Virus record (IMG/VR): IMGVR_UViG_3300050821_012719
Location: 1-60,935 of that record
Source of the DNA: a virus
DNA: 60,935 nucleotides
Strand: one strand, 5' to 3'
In this document: piece after piece, positions 8,426 through 18,519 of the stretch
Layout of the letters: each line of letters opens with the position of its first letter
How positions within the stretch are numbered: the stretch's first letter is position 1
Notes under the pieces: generated by a model
What the model saw: only the letters and a program-made list of their open reading frames with translations
Told to the model about the DNA's origin: nothing
Databases searched by the model: none
Program-made: the position numbers and the translations under genes

Positions 8426-8874
8426 TGTACGACGGTGCGGCTGCGCGGGTGCTCGTCCACCCGCGCGTCTCTCTCCACTGCTACGAATCCCACTACCTCA
8501 TCAACCAGAACGCCGACAACCACTACGAGCTCGAACACGACCCTCGAGTACCTGACGCGGCCATCAAGTGGTTCTATGACATGGGACTGGACGGTGTCGA
8601 TCCACCATCGCACGTCATTGTGGCCACCGCGCAGGAGCTCGTGGGCTTCTTCCGCTTCCACCTGAGCGGATCTCGCTGGAAGTATCTTCAGGCAGCAGGC
8701 ACTTGGGTGCTTGGGCCCTACCGCCGGTGTGGATTGGGCGAGAAGATGTGGCGTAGTGCCCTGGCACACTTCCCGCGCGTCAAGGAGATCTGCATAATCA
8801 GTGGGACGAATGCCGGAACCAGCTTCGCCCTCAAGATGCAGAGAGTCCTGCCAGTCACCGTCACAGTAGAATGA
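8422..8874 (+). CDS. GNAT-family acetyltransferase-like protein
   Basis: LVGF...WVLGPYRRCGLGEKM (acetyl-CoA-binding motif A). Confidence 0.6.
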   Translation: MMYDGAAARVLVHPRVSLHCYESHYLINQNADNHYELEHDPRVPDAAIKWFYDMGLDGVDPPSHVIVATAQELVGFFRFHLSGSRWKYLQAAGTWVLGPYRRCGLGEKMWRSALAHFPRVKEICIISGTNAGTSFALKMQRVLPVTVTVE

Positions 8875-9329
8875 GGAGGAGATCGATGGACCCTGAGGTC
8901 TTGCTCAACATGTTCTTGGAAGGTGAGAACAGCTCCTCGCCCGAGGAGTTACGCATCGTCGTTCGCTACGAGCTCATGAAGCGCGATGACGCCCTCAAGA
9001 AGATGAAGGAGGAGTACGACCGGGCGTGCAAGGGCCACCACCGTTGGAAGAAGGAATTCAGGCAGCGGTCGGACAACGGCTACAAGAAGGTCCGTGTGAT
9101 GATCAAGGAGATGGGCAATCTCCTGACTGCCCGTGGGATCGAGCTGAAGAGACGCAGAGAGGATGGCAAGAGGATGCTCGACATGCTTTCCCAGTGCGCC
9201 AACCGTCTCGACAATCTGTACGGCACCATCAAGACAGAGCTCGAGACGGGGATGGAGATGGACGAGCACGAAGAGGGGTTCATTCAGCAGGTACGGAACC
9301 TCGTGTTGGAGATCACAAGTCATGGGTGA
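8871..9329 (+). CDS. Coiled-coil hypothetical protein
   Basis: Coupled ORF. Confidence 0.6.
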   Translation: MRRRSMDPEVLLNMFLEGENSSSPEELRIVVRYELMKRDDALKKMKEEYDRACKGHHRWKKEFRQRSDNGYKKVRVMIKEMGNLLTARGIELKRRREDGKRMLDMLSQCANRLDNLYGTIKTELETGMEMDEHEEGFIQQVRNLVLEITSHG

Positions 9330-9660
9330 GTTCGTACAGCTCAAGAGGGGCAATGATTGGGGTCGTGAGTACCTCTCTCCGAAGCCTCTGACATCCAAAG
9401 GCATGGCTGATGCGAGGCGCGGCATCAGCTTCAAGGACGGCGACAAGGTGATGGTGCGCTTCCCAGACAACGTCAACATCGAGCTCGAGGTGAAGAACAG
9501 GCATCACCACACGACCGTCAACGACATGGGGCATGTGTACCCAGTCAACTACTACCTCCCGTGCGTCAAGGTGTGGGTGCATGGTGTGGAGACGCTGCTC
9601 CCTCTTGATGCGCCAGGCCTCGAGGTGTGGTTGGAGAATCCGGAGGTGGTAGATGGCTGA
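9322..9660 (+). CDS. Hypothetical protein
   Basis: Coupled ORF. Confidence 0.6.
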   Translation: MGEFVQLKRGNDWGREYLSPKPLTSKGMADARRGISFKDGDKVMVRFPDNVNIELEVKNRHHHTTVNDMGHVYPVNYYLPCVKVWVHGVETLLPLDAPGLEVWLENPEVVDG

Positions 9661-10072
9661 CGCACCGAACTACGGCAAGATCGCCCACGATGCGTACTAC
9701 GATGCCTGCAATCGGCGCATAGGCTGCCTGCAACCCATCAAGTCGTGGGAAGAGGCGAGTGAGATGGAGCAGTTCGCCTGGCATGCGGCCGGCGCCGAGG
9801 TGGCCAAGGCGATCGTGTTGTTCGACAATCAACGCACGGCCGAGGCCTTCGCAGTCCAGCCGAGCAAGCAGGAGTTCAAGCCCAAGACCATCAAGAAGGG
9901 TTGGGCGTGGCCGGTGAACTCGAGGAAGGCGCATTACTTCTTCGACACGCGGTCGCTCTGCGGCAAGATGGCCTTCTTCGGGGATGCGCTCGAGGACAAC
10001 GGGCACGAGAGCGAAGACAACTGCGCGGAGTGCAAGAAGCGCTACAGGAAGACCTACGGGAAGAAGCCATGA
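9653..10072 (+). CDS. Hypothetical protein (C-terminal HxF..SLCG..CxxC)
   Basis: GGAGG RBS. Confidence 0.65.
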   Translation: MADAPNYGKIAHDAYYDACNRRIGCLQPIKSWEEASEMEQFAWHAAGAEVAKAIVLFDNQRTAEAFAVQPSKQEFKPKTIKKGWAWPVNSRKAHYFFDTRSLCGKMAFFGDALEDNGHESEDNCAECKKRYRKTYGKKP

Positions 10073-10683
10073 GAATGAAGCTGGAGATCGGCGACCGCGT
10101 GAGGATGAGCGAAGCGCTCAAGACCCAGCTTCGAGGAGGCTGCGTGCCAGGCAAGCATCAAGGGGATCTCCTCGAGGACAATGACGAGTCCTGCATGAAG
10201 TGCTCTCTCGGGCACCTCAAGGAGTTCGGCAACTGCGAGGGCCTGGTGCTCGGCCTGACCGACTACAACAACTGCAAGCCTGGAGCAGAGAGCTACGACC
10301 CGCGGAAGGTGGGGCCCGAGGTAGACGTTCGCTGGCTGCCCAGCAGACTGCGCTACGCATACGACCCTGCCCTTCTCGAGCTCGTGGGCAAGCTGAAGGT
10401 GGGCAAGATCTACATGCTTCGGGGAGGGCACATCTTGCGCTACCACGGGCCGTGGGGCGGCAGAGGCCCTTGCCTGGCCTTCCAGACTCCAAAGGAGGAG
10501 TTGGCCGGCAACCTGGACCACATCGTCGGCTACTCCGCGTCGGAATCTGAGGTGCTCTACCAGTTCGAGAAGAAGAACATTCCGAGCCTCTTGGGACGTA
10601 TCGAAGATCTCAAGGCCCGCGCCATGTTCTTCGCAGCGGAGGAGATCGAGAACGTCGTGAAGGAGCTGGAGCGAGATGGGTGA
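10069..10683 (+). CDS. Hypothetical protein
   Basis: ATGA overlap. Confidence 0.6.
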   Translation: MRMKLEIGDRVRMSEALKTQLRGGCVPGKHQGDLLEDNDESCMKCSLGHLKEFGNCEGLVLGLTDYNNCKPGAESYDPRKVGPEVDVRWLPSRLRYAYDPALLELVGKLKVGKIYMLRGGHILRYHGPWGGRGPCLAFQTPKEELAGNLDHIVGYSASESEVLYQFEKKNIPSLLGRIEDLKARAMFFAAEEIENVVKELERDG

Positions 10684-11095
10684 CCCGTACCGCGAAGGGC
10701 GAGATCGAGCCATTCGGCTCATCCATCTCTCGAACTACAGTGACAACAGGTCCATCCAGATCTACTGCGATGGAAGCTACACCGAGCCGAAGTGGGGGCC
10801 GAAGTCCGGCCTCACAGATGTCGAGGGCGTCTACGAGTCCGACGACGAGAGGCTCTACACGTTCGACAGGAGCAAGGTCACATGCCCCAAGTGTCAAGAG
10901 AACGAGAGCGCAGACCGTTGACCCGTGAGCAGGACATCAAGAGCCTCATCAGGGCTGCGCGGCGGCGTGAGCAGGAGCATCTTCGTTCTCTGCGCTACCA
11001 CATCAAGCACAAGAGCTACATCGAGGCGGCCAAGCTACTTGCTTGGGCGACAGAGCAATGTGCCTTCGCAGAAGGCCTGGAGAGAGGGCTGGGAG

Positions 11096-11404
11096 ATGGA
11101 TGATCGAACAGACTGGGCTGCGGAGGGAGCGAAGTTCGCAGAGAAGACCAAGAGATACATCGCTCGCGACAAGGCTTTCGCGGAGGGGCAAACTCGCATC
11201 GCCAAACGCGAATCCATACTTGGGCTCAGCATGGCCCTCCTCGTACTAGGCGGGAGCATCTTCATGTTCTTCATGCCGGACCTGCGTGTGGGGTCTCTCT
11301 ACGTGTGCGGCATCATCATCTACTTCATGATCTGCAAGCTCACGAACCGTTACCTGGCTGGCAAAGAGCTCGAGCGCATCAATAAGGAGTTCCCTAAGCC
11401 ATGA
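11096..11404 (+). CDS. Two-TM membrane protein
   Basis: Two hydrophobic segments. Confidence 0.6.
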   Translation: MDDRTDWAAEGAKFAEKTKRYIARDKAFAEGQTRIAKRESILGLSMALLVLGGSIFMFFMPDLRVGSLYVCGIIIYFMICKLTNRYLAGKELERINKEFPKP

Positions 11405-11905
11405 GAGCGGAGATCTGCATGCACTCTCATAGAGTGGTGAAGCGCTACGTCGGCTCCACCGAGATATACTACTACTGCCCTGACTGCCTCGCGACCTACG
11501 GCGGTGAGGAGACGTGGTCGAAGAAGGCGCTCATCTCCGCGGCGTGCAGGGCGGACATCACCGAGAAGGACGAAGTAGAAGGAGCCGTCTGATGAATCCC
11601 ACGCTCGCTCGCCTCTGTCTGCGCATGCTCATCAGCCGAGAGCCGTGCCTCATGTGCGCCTTCGCCCTGGCCACGCACGGCAAGTACACCTCAGGCTTCG
11701 GTCTGGGGTACCCACGGCTCTGTCTCGACCACGCCAAGGCGGCCATAAAGAACGACCAGGAGGACTGGGAGCCTGTCCCTGATGACGGCTACACGTCCAA
11801 TCTCACGCGCGATGCCCTGAAGATCTTGGGGCTCGACATGAAGAAGCGCTCGGAACGCGTGTGGACGACGAACACCCGTATCACGATTCCGGAGGAGGTG
11901 ATCAA

Positions 11906-12496
11906 GTGAAGCTCGCTAGACGTCTCGGTTCGTTCCTGGCCTCCGTTGCGATGCTGTTGGGCTGTGTGCGTCCCGGCTTCGTCGACACGACCGTCAACGG
12001 CCTGACCAACCTCACGTGGTTCGGGCCCGACATCTGGACGGTGGCGCATCCTCCCGATACGACGGCCTGGCTGTGGCTTCGGCAGATCGTGCAGCACGAC
12101 AGCAAGCAGGTGCTCTTCGTGCAGCTCCACGACGACGTCGAGGGCAACGACGAACTCTACACGAACGGGTTCGGCTGGCAGCTCTTGAAGGTGCCGCTGC
12201 CACCCGAGGAGGACAAGCCTCTGACGGTGCTCACGATGCCCAAGGTCGAGGACGTCCACCTCATCATCGACAGCATCGTGGCGGCGAACAGGGAGGGGAA
12301 AGTCGTGGTCTTCGGCTGTGTGCACGCGCGTGACCGCACGGGTCTCATTCGAGCCCTGCTCGGCATGCGCATGTACGGCTGGACGAAGAGCTTCGCCTGG
12401 TCCCAGATGCTGATGCACGGCTACCGTTGGGAGCTCCCAGACCTCGACATCTACTTCGCCAAGTACGCCGCCCAAGTCACGGTGGACGTGAACTGA
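11906..12496 (+). CDS. Lipoprotein-anchored Cys-based (tyrosine/dual-specificity-like) phosphatase
   Basis: GGAGGAGG RBS and GTG start; signal MKLARRLGSFLASVAMLLG-C; P-loop VFGCVHARDRTG. Confidence 0.65.
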   Translation: MKLARRLGSFLASVAMLLGCVRPGFVDTTVNGLTNLTWFGPDIWTVAHPPDTTAWLWLRQIVQHDSKQVLFVQLHDDVEGNDELYTNGFGWQLLKVPLPPEEDKPLTVLTMPKVEDVHLIIDSIVAANREGKVVVFGCVHARDRTGLIRALLGMRMYGWTKSFAWSQMLMHGYRWELPDLDIYFAKYAAQVTVDVN

Positions 12497-12834
12497 TGGC
12501 GAAGACCATGTGGACCCGCGAGGAGGCCATCATCTTCATCCGTGAGCTGTCTCTCAAGATGCAGCTCGCTGGGTATGAGATAGCCCTCGCGGGTGGCGTC
12601 CTGAAGAAGGGCAAGAGCAGTAAAGATCTGGACCTCATCATCTTCCCAACAACGACCGAGAGGGCGAACCTCGTCGCCGCGCGTAACAGCCTGCGATCTG
12701 CGGGTCTGGTCTGCCTCATGCCCAAGGAGGAGGTCCAGGCGCGGTGGCTAGTGGACCATGGTTCGCGGGATAAGAAGCATGTAGAGGTCTGGCGTTACAA
12801 GGGCAAACGCGTCGATCTCTTTTTTCTAACCTGA
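12496..12834 (+). CDS. Minimal nucleotidyltransferase (Pol beta superfamily)-like protein
   Basis: IALAGGVL..G.SSKDLDLIIF and C-terminal RVDLFF. Confidence 0.6.
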   Translation: MAKTMWTREEAIIFIRELSLKMQLAGYEIALAGGVLKKGKSSKDLDLIIFPTTTERANLVAARNSLRSAGLVCLMPKEEVQARWLVDHGSRDKKHVEVWRYKGKRVDLFFLT

Positions 12835-13074
12835 GGAGGTGACCATGAAGATCGTTGCGCATGGGGTAGCAGAGGAGATCAACAGGAAGAGTAGCGATAC
12901 CTCTATCCGTCTCGGGGCCTTTGGCGCGAGGGTGGTGGAGGGGCATAGAGGTCCTGACTCACAAAGGGTAGAGCTCACCATGGCTCTCACGCTCAAGACG
13001 CTCGTGTCGGACGAGCTCAAGATCGGGGAGACGCTCTACATCACCATCTCGACCGAGAGGCCGGAGGAGCTCTG

Positions 13075-13398
13075 ATGTCTCCCTTCGACATCGGCTTGCT
13101 CTGTCTCTTCGTGCTCGTCGTTGGCGTAGGTCTGGGGTGGGTCTTCAAAGAGCTCCACTGGCGCCACGTGATGAAGCACAACGTCGCCTTCCACAACCAC
13201 AAGTTCGATCCGGGCGTGCTCAAGAGGGAGCTTTGGGTCGACCCAGAGATCAAGAAGGAGGTCGACGAGCTCCTCGAGGGACTCACCAAGGAACCAGAGC
13301 ACCCAAGCAAGTGCCCGATCCCAGAGTGCCCGATTCGTGTGTCTCACTCACATACGGAAGGCTACCTCCGCTTCATCCGCGGAATGAAAGGCAACTGA
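13075..13398 (+). CDS. Membrane-anchored hypothetical protein
   Basis: N-terminal TM helix. Confidence 0.55.
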   Translation: MSPFDIGLLCLFVLVVGVGLGWVFKELHWRHVMKHNVAFHNHKFDPGVLKRELWVDPEIKKEVDELLEGLTKEPEHPSKCPIPECPIRVSHSHTEGYLRFIRGMKGN

Positions 13399-13615
13399 TG
13401 ACCAAGCTACTCATCGCGCTCACCATCTCGGCCGCTGCGCTCATCGCAACAGCCATCATCGGAACCCTCATAGGGATTGTCGTCACCGGGTGCTGCTGCG
13501 CCGTTCTGGTGCTTGTCATCTCCTACAACGCAAACGAGGAGCTCCATCTCGAGAAGGGCTACCACCGCCCAGGGTGGTACAAGGATGGAGGGAGATCCGG
13601 AAGAGGAGAAGGAGG

Positions 13616-13924
13616 ATGACTGACCTCACGCTCGAAGAGCTGATGGCGAAGTACAGAGAGGTGATGGGCCAAGACCTCGGCTTCGACGTTCCAGGAGCTC
13701 GCTTCACGCTGCGCATCTGGGATGGCATGGACGGCGTCTGGACCGACTGCGAGTACACCCATCCGAAGGCAGTGAACGGGACCGCCGAAGATACCCTCCG
13801 TGCGTGGTGGGAGGAGACCTCCGGCGGCACGAAGAAGATCCGCTTCAGCGAGATCGACTACTACCGCATCTTCCATGCGGACACGAAGATGGAATGGTCT
13901 GGTGACAAGGAGATGTTTCGATGA
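13616..13924 (+). CDS. Hypothetical protein
   Basis: AGGAGG RBS, ATGA overlap. Confidence 0.65.
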   Translation: MTDLTLEELMAKYREVMGQDLGFDVPGARFTLRIWDGMDGVWTDCEYTHPKAVNGTAEDTLRAWWEETSGGTKKIRFSEIDYYRIFHADTKMEWSGDKEMFR

Positions 13925-13988
13925 ACAAGTCTTTCATTCTGTTCGCCTTCGCGATGCTCCTCACGGCATCGATCATCGAGGTGCTCCG

Positions 13989-14285
13989 ATGATCGATCTC
14001 GTTCCGGGCCTCTACATACACTACAAGGGTGGCCGCTACCTCGTCCTCTTCACGGCCGAGACCCACAAACACAATGGTGACATCGACGTCGCCTACTACT
14101 CGCTCACCCACAAGAAGCACTGCATCCGTCCGCTACGGCGTGACTCCAGGAACGAAGACTCATGGCTCGACGTCGTGATGTGGCCAGACAACATCCAGCG
14201 CAATCGGTTCATGCACATCAACCATCTCGAGAGACCGGACTTCGAATCTCTGGAGAAGATCTGGTCGAGCACGTCAAAGGCTTAG
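13989..14285 (+). CDS. DUF1653-like protein
   Basis: GLYIHYKGGRYLVL..A......VAY. Confidence 0.65.
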   Translation: MIDLVPGLYIHYKGGRYLVLFTAETHKHNGDIDVAYYSLTHKKHCIRPLRRDSRNEDSWLDVVMWPDNIQRNRFMHINHLERPDFESLEKIWSSTSKA

Positions 14286-15333
14286 GCACGCTCGAGCGCA
14301 TCCAAGACCACCGAGACAAGGCCGTCCACGCTCTCATCCACGAGGCCATCAAGCCAGGTCTCGACGCGGCCCGTGGCATCGCCCTCGTGGGCATGCAGTT
14401 GCTCTACATCCAACAAGACCTCAAGGAACTGAAGAAGGAGAAGACTATGGTCATCACCAGGAAGCTCGTCTTGCTCGATCTCACCGCCACCGAGAATGGC
14501 CTCCTCAAGGAGACGATCTACCGAGCGCAGGTGGCTGTCGCCGACTGGGGTGCTCCGCCCTTCGACATCATGATCACCTCCGACGAGTACGAGGAGCTCA
14601 GAAACAACAAGGAGTCTCGTCAGAACCTCGAGCTCACCATCTTGCCGAAGCCCGCGACGTGACAGCGATGCCTACCGAGTCACAGAAGCTCAACATCGAA
14701 GTCACGATGGCCATCCATCGTGGCGAGCATCAGCTCGAGCACGCCATCAGCGCCTGGGAGGAGGTCGAGAAGGCGGAGCTGGCGATCTTCAACAGCACGA
14801 GCAAAGACATACTCGACTCGGACAAGACCCTCGCTTCGAGAGGCGTCGGCTCAGCACGGGTCATCATCACGGTGCTGAAGTCTCTGCGGGGGAAAGACAC
14901 TACCAGGGCGTCCTCACCGTCACTTGCACGGTGAACCCTACGCCGTTGCCCCAGTCCAGCGCCGGCCTGACACCCACGTGCAGGTCCGGCGCTGTGTACA
15001 CCCGGCCTCCATTCCACCAAGAAGGAAGAGTGGGCTCGAACGGCGTCGCAGGTGGCAGATGCCAGAGGACGAAGAGAACAGCCGTCTTGACCACGGGAAG
15101 AATGGTCATGACTCAACATACCACGAGGTACTGATGGACCCCGACGAAGCTCTGCACCAGATCCGCATGGCCATCGCCCACTTCCGTGCCATCACAGACG
15201 GACGGGCCACACTCTGCGAAGCAGAGGTAGCAGCAAGCACCGCCCTCGAGCACTTCGAGGCCCTCGACGGCTGGATGAGCAGGGGAGGGTTCAAGCCCGA
15301 GGACTGGTCGAAGTTCGACAAGAAGGAGACCAA

Positions 15334-15651
15334 GTGAAGATCCGAATCGTACCAGCTCAGGAGATCTCCGAGTCTTCTGGGCTCCGCCTGGACGCCAGGC
15401 ACTACGTCGACAAGGTCACCGACAAGCAGTTCCGGTGCCTCGAGCTCATGGCGCTGAAGAAGAGCCACTACATCGGGCTGTACTACGCCAAGCAGCTCGA
15501 GAAGAAAGGCTTGGTCAAGATCGACAGGCAGATGAGCCGGCACGGCGTGGAGAGGGTCATCTGCTTCTGGGTCTCCTTCACGGACAAGGGCCGGCGCGTC
15601 TACAAGCAAGAGAAGACCCTGCGCGGGAACAAGAAGTCGACGAAGGAGTAG
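15334..15651 (+). CDS. Basic protein, possibly winged-helix
   Basis: LEKKGLV...FTDKGR. Confidence 0.5.
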   Translation: MKIRIVPAQEISESSGLRLDARHYVDKVTDKQFRCLELMALKKSHYIGLYYAKQLEKKGLVKIDRQMSRHGVERVICFWVSFTDKGRRVYKQEKTLRGNKKSTKE

Positions 15652-15654
15652 GCC

Positions 15655-16095
15655 ATGGCCCTCACAGATCAAGAGAACAAGGAGCTCATTCACAGCGCTG
15701 GCGTGGTCCTGGTGAAGCAGGGTCCGCTGGTGCTCGTTTCGACGAACCGCAAGTACGGCGGCATCGCGCTGCCTGGCGGCAAGGCTGGACCAACCGAGGG
15801 TCCTTGGTCGGCTGCGGTGCGCGAGCTCGAGGAGGAGACCGGGGTCCGCACGTCGAATGACTGTCTCCGGCTGGTGCTCAAGGCACCTAGCTCGGTGGAG
15901 CCGGAGCGTATGGTCTGGGTCTTCTTTGCGATCCATGTGTATGGGATCCTCAAGCCCAGAGAGGAAGGCACACAGGCGTACTTCACGACGCAGCGCCGGC
16001 TCTTCGACGACTCCCCCTTCAAGGACTTCTACCGACAGTACTTCCGACAAGGGTTCGATCACTTCGCCGATACCAAGTTGGAGTTCTACCTGTGA
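15655..16095 (+). CDS. NUDIX hydrolase
   Basis: LPGGKAGPTEGPWSAAVRELEEETG Nudix box. Confidence 0.9.
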   Translation: MALTDQENKELIHSAGVVLVKQGPLVLVSTNRKYGGIALPGGKAGPTEGPWSAAVRELEEETGVRTSNDCLRLVLKAPSSVEPERMVWVFFAIHVYGILKPREEGTQAYFTTQRRLFDDSPFKDFYRQYFRQGFDHFADTKLEFYL

Positions 16096-16682
16096 ACGCC
16101 TACTCCAAGATCGTGAGCAAGAGCGCTGCTCCCAAGGGCCTACCGCCTTCCATCATCCTCATCGACCCGAAGTACCCTCACAACGTCGGCATGACCGTGC
16201 GCCTGGCGAGCTGCTACGGCTTCAAGCAGGTCTGGTACACCGGTGACCGAGTCCAGCTCGAGCTCGAAGCCAAGAAGCGCCTGCCTCGCGAAGAGCGCAT
16301 GAAGGGCTACAAGGACGTGGAGATACTCAACTACGATCGGCCCTTCGAACAGTTCTACGGACTCAGCCACGTCGGGACGCCGGTGGCTGTCGAGGTGCGC
16401 GACAACTCCGAGAGGCTCGACGACTTCGAGCATCCACCCAACGGCGTCTACGTCTTCGGTCCGGAGGACGGCAGCATCAGCCAATCCATCCTCGCTCAGT
16501 GCCATCGTTTCCTCATCATCCCTACGAGGCACTGCCTGAACCTGGCCACTGCGGTGGCGACCGTGCTCTACGATCGCGCCAAGAAGCTGGGTGAGTTCCC
16601 GAGAGATCGAGACCGCAGCCCGTTCTATCTCGAGGACAACGAGGACAACCCCGCAGGCATCTTCAGGGGGAAGGAAACATGA
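16092..16682 (+). CDS. SpoU/TrmH (SPOUT) RNA methyltransferase
   Basis: P.NVG..VR.A..YG; YVFGPEDGSI; IIP...CLNLATAVATVLYD. Confidence 0.85.
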   Translation: MNAYSKIVSKSAAPKGLPPSIILIDPKYPHNVGMTVRLASCYGFKQVWYTGDRVQLELEAKKRLPREERMKGYKDVEILNYDRPFEQFYGLSHVGTPVAVEVRDNSERLDDFEHPPNGVYVFGPEDGSISQSILAQCHRFLIIPTRHCLNLATAVATVLYDRAKKLGEFPRDRDRSPFYLEDNEDNPAGIFRGKET

Positions 16683-16985
16683 CGCCCCTAGAGCGCCTCC
16701 TCGCCCGCCTCGAGGGTCGCATGGAGAACGCCCTGCGAACGTTCGCACTCCATCCAGACCCTCTGGTGCGGCGCGATGCCGAGGTTCGGGCGCTGGCCTA
16801 CGCGACGGCACGGGCTGATGTGGAGAGCATCTTCAATGAGATCGAGGTCACCGTCAGCCCTGGTTACTTCATGCTCGAGTGCGGATGTCATCTCTCCGTC
16901 GGCAATGCAGGGGGCAAACTCCTCGTGGCTTGCAAGAAGCACCATCGCTTCGGCTTGCAGATCATTCTGACCGAAGAGCAACTCA

Positions 16986-17474
16986 ATGAGCTCAACCCAC
17001 TGGTCCAAGATCCCTAACTTCAGCTTGTACGAAGCCAGCCGCCTCGGCCGCATCCGCAACATCGCCACGAGGAAGATCTTGAAGCCCGGCCCGAACGACG
17101 GCGGGTACCTCAGGGTCAACCTCGTGCGCGATGACGGCCGGCGAGTCAAAGGGCTCGTCCATGTCCTGATGCTGATGGCTTGGTGTGGACCAAGGCCGTC
17201 GCCCAGGCATCATGGAGCCCACTGCCGCAACGACAAGAAGAACAACCGACTCGACAACCTCGAGTGGAAGCTGCCGGAGGAGAACGAAGCGGACAAGCGC
17301 CTCCACGGGACGGCCCCCCGTGGAGGCAGGACGTGGCGACCGAACAGGGAGCGCATTCAGCGCATCCGGCTTCGCGCCGCGGGTGGGGAGTCGTTCTCGA
17401 AGATCGCAAAGGATGAAGGTCTTCATCGTAGCTCTGTGTCCCGCATCGTGCGGGGCCTGAGGAGGAGAACATGA
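16986..17474 (+). CDS. NUMOD4/HNH homing-type endonuclease with C-terminal HTH
   Basis: YEASRLGRIR..., GYLRVNL, VH.L, H...K.NN..DNLEW..EN. Confidence 0.85.
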   Translation: MSSTHWSKIPNFSLYEASRLGRIRNIATRKILKPGPNDGGYLRVNLVRDDGRRVKGLVHVLMLMAWCGPRPSPRHHGAHCRNDKKNNRLDNLEWKLPEENEADKRLHGTAPRGGRTWRPNRERIQRIRLRAAGGESFSKIAKDEGLHRSSVSRIVRGLRRRT

Positions 17475-17791
17475 GCGTAGGATTGAGGAAGAAGATCATT
17501 GAGGCTCTCGATAGTCTGGGTAACACACCGGACAAGATCGCAGATGCCCTTCGAGCGGCAGGCATCAAGTCAAGAGGATGCAGTGGTTGGGACTGCCCGC
17601 TGCACGATTACTTGATGCTCAAGCTCAAGGACGAGAATCTGACCAAGGAGGACATCTACATCGGAACGTCATGGGTGGCCTACCACGCCTCTTCCGATAT
17701 CGGAACCGTCGATCTCAGTGAGGCGCATCGCGAATTCATCAACAGAGTCGATCGCCGGGAGTGGTACCAAGATCTGCTGGTGACTTCATGA
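17471..17791 (+). CDS. Hypothetical protein
   Basis: ATGA overlap, GAGGAG RBS. Confidence 0.65.
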   Translation: MSVGLRKKIIEALDSLGNTPDKIADALRAAGIKSRGCSGWDCPLHDYLMLKLKDENLTKEDIYIGTSWVAYHASSDIGTVDLSEAHREFINRVDRREWYQDLLVTS

Positions 17792-18067
17792 GTCACGTAG
17801 TCATTGAGGTCGAAGCCTGCGTGCCTCGGACGTTCATGAAGAACGGCGTGGTCCGCTACACCAAGAAGACGTACCGCACCTGGGTCAATCTGGGGCGGTG
17901 GCCTGTGCTCTACAGAGACAGGCAGATCATCGTGGTCAAGCAGTTCGGGTCGGTCTGTCTCTACCACGCCGACGGAACCATGGAGCTGGCCGGCTACACC
18001 AAGACGCACCCGAAGGCGCACCTCGTCCCGAGGTCACATGGTTGGTGGCGCATCCAGCCAGAATCGC

Positions 18068-18475
18068 TCAAGGCGCTGAAGAGGCCTTCTTCCGGTCCTC
18101 GATCTCCTTGATGGCCTTGAAGAGGAGATCGAGGTCTACCGGCTTTCCCATGGTGATGATGATGCCTTCTAGGACGCTGGTCCTCGCTCTCTCAGCCCTC
18201 TCGTGAATCGTGCTCGAGGAGAGGCCACTCACGATGATGATGGGGATGTGAGCTAGGTCGGGATCTTCCATCCTGTGGAGGAGTACATCCCAGCCGCTCA
18301 TCCTCCCCTCTCCCAGCATCATATCCAGAAGGACAAGGTCGATCGCTTCCTTATGCATCTGCCTGATCGCCGCTTCCCCATTGTCGGCGTAAGCGACCGT
18401 GTGGCCCTTGCGCACGAGAGCCGCCTGCAAGCCCTTTCGGACGGACTCGTCATCTTCGACGATGAGGATGTACAT
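18068..18475 (-). CDS. Single-domain response regulator (CheY-like receiver)
   Basis: ILIVEDD, DLVLLDMML...SG, IPIIIVSG, KP. Confidence 0.9.
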   Translation of the reverse strand: MYILIVEDDESVRKGLQAALVRKGHTVAYADNGEAAIRQMHKEAIDLVLLDMMLGEGRMSGWDVLLHRMEDPDLAHIPIIIVSGLSSSTIHERAERARTSVLEGIIITMGKPVDLDLLFKAIKEIEDRKKASSAP

Positions 18476-18519
18476 GCCCCGAAGGATAGCATTCCTACCC
18501 CCCAGAACTGGAGCATCCC

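Noticed and set aside
14900-15109. Possible small minus-strand gene (MTILPVVKTAVLFVLW...)
   Set aside because: It fills a gap and could be real, but there is no recognisable motif or clear RBS, so support is insufficient.
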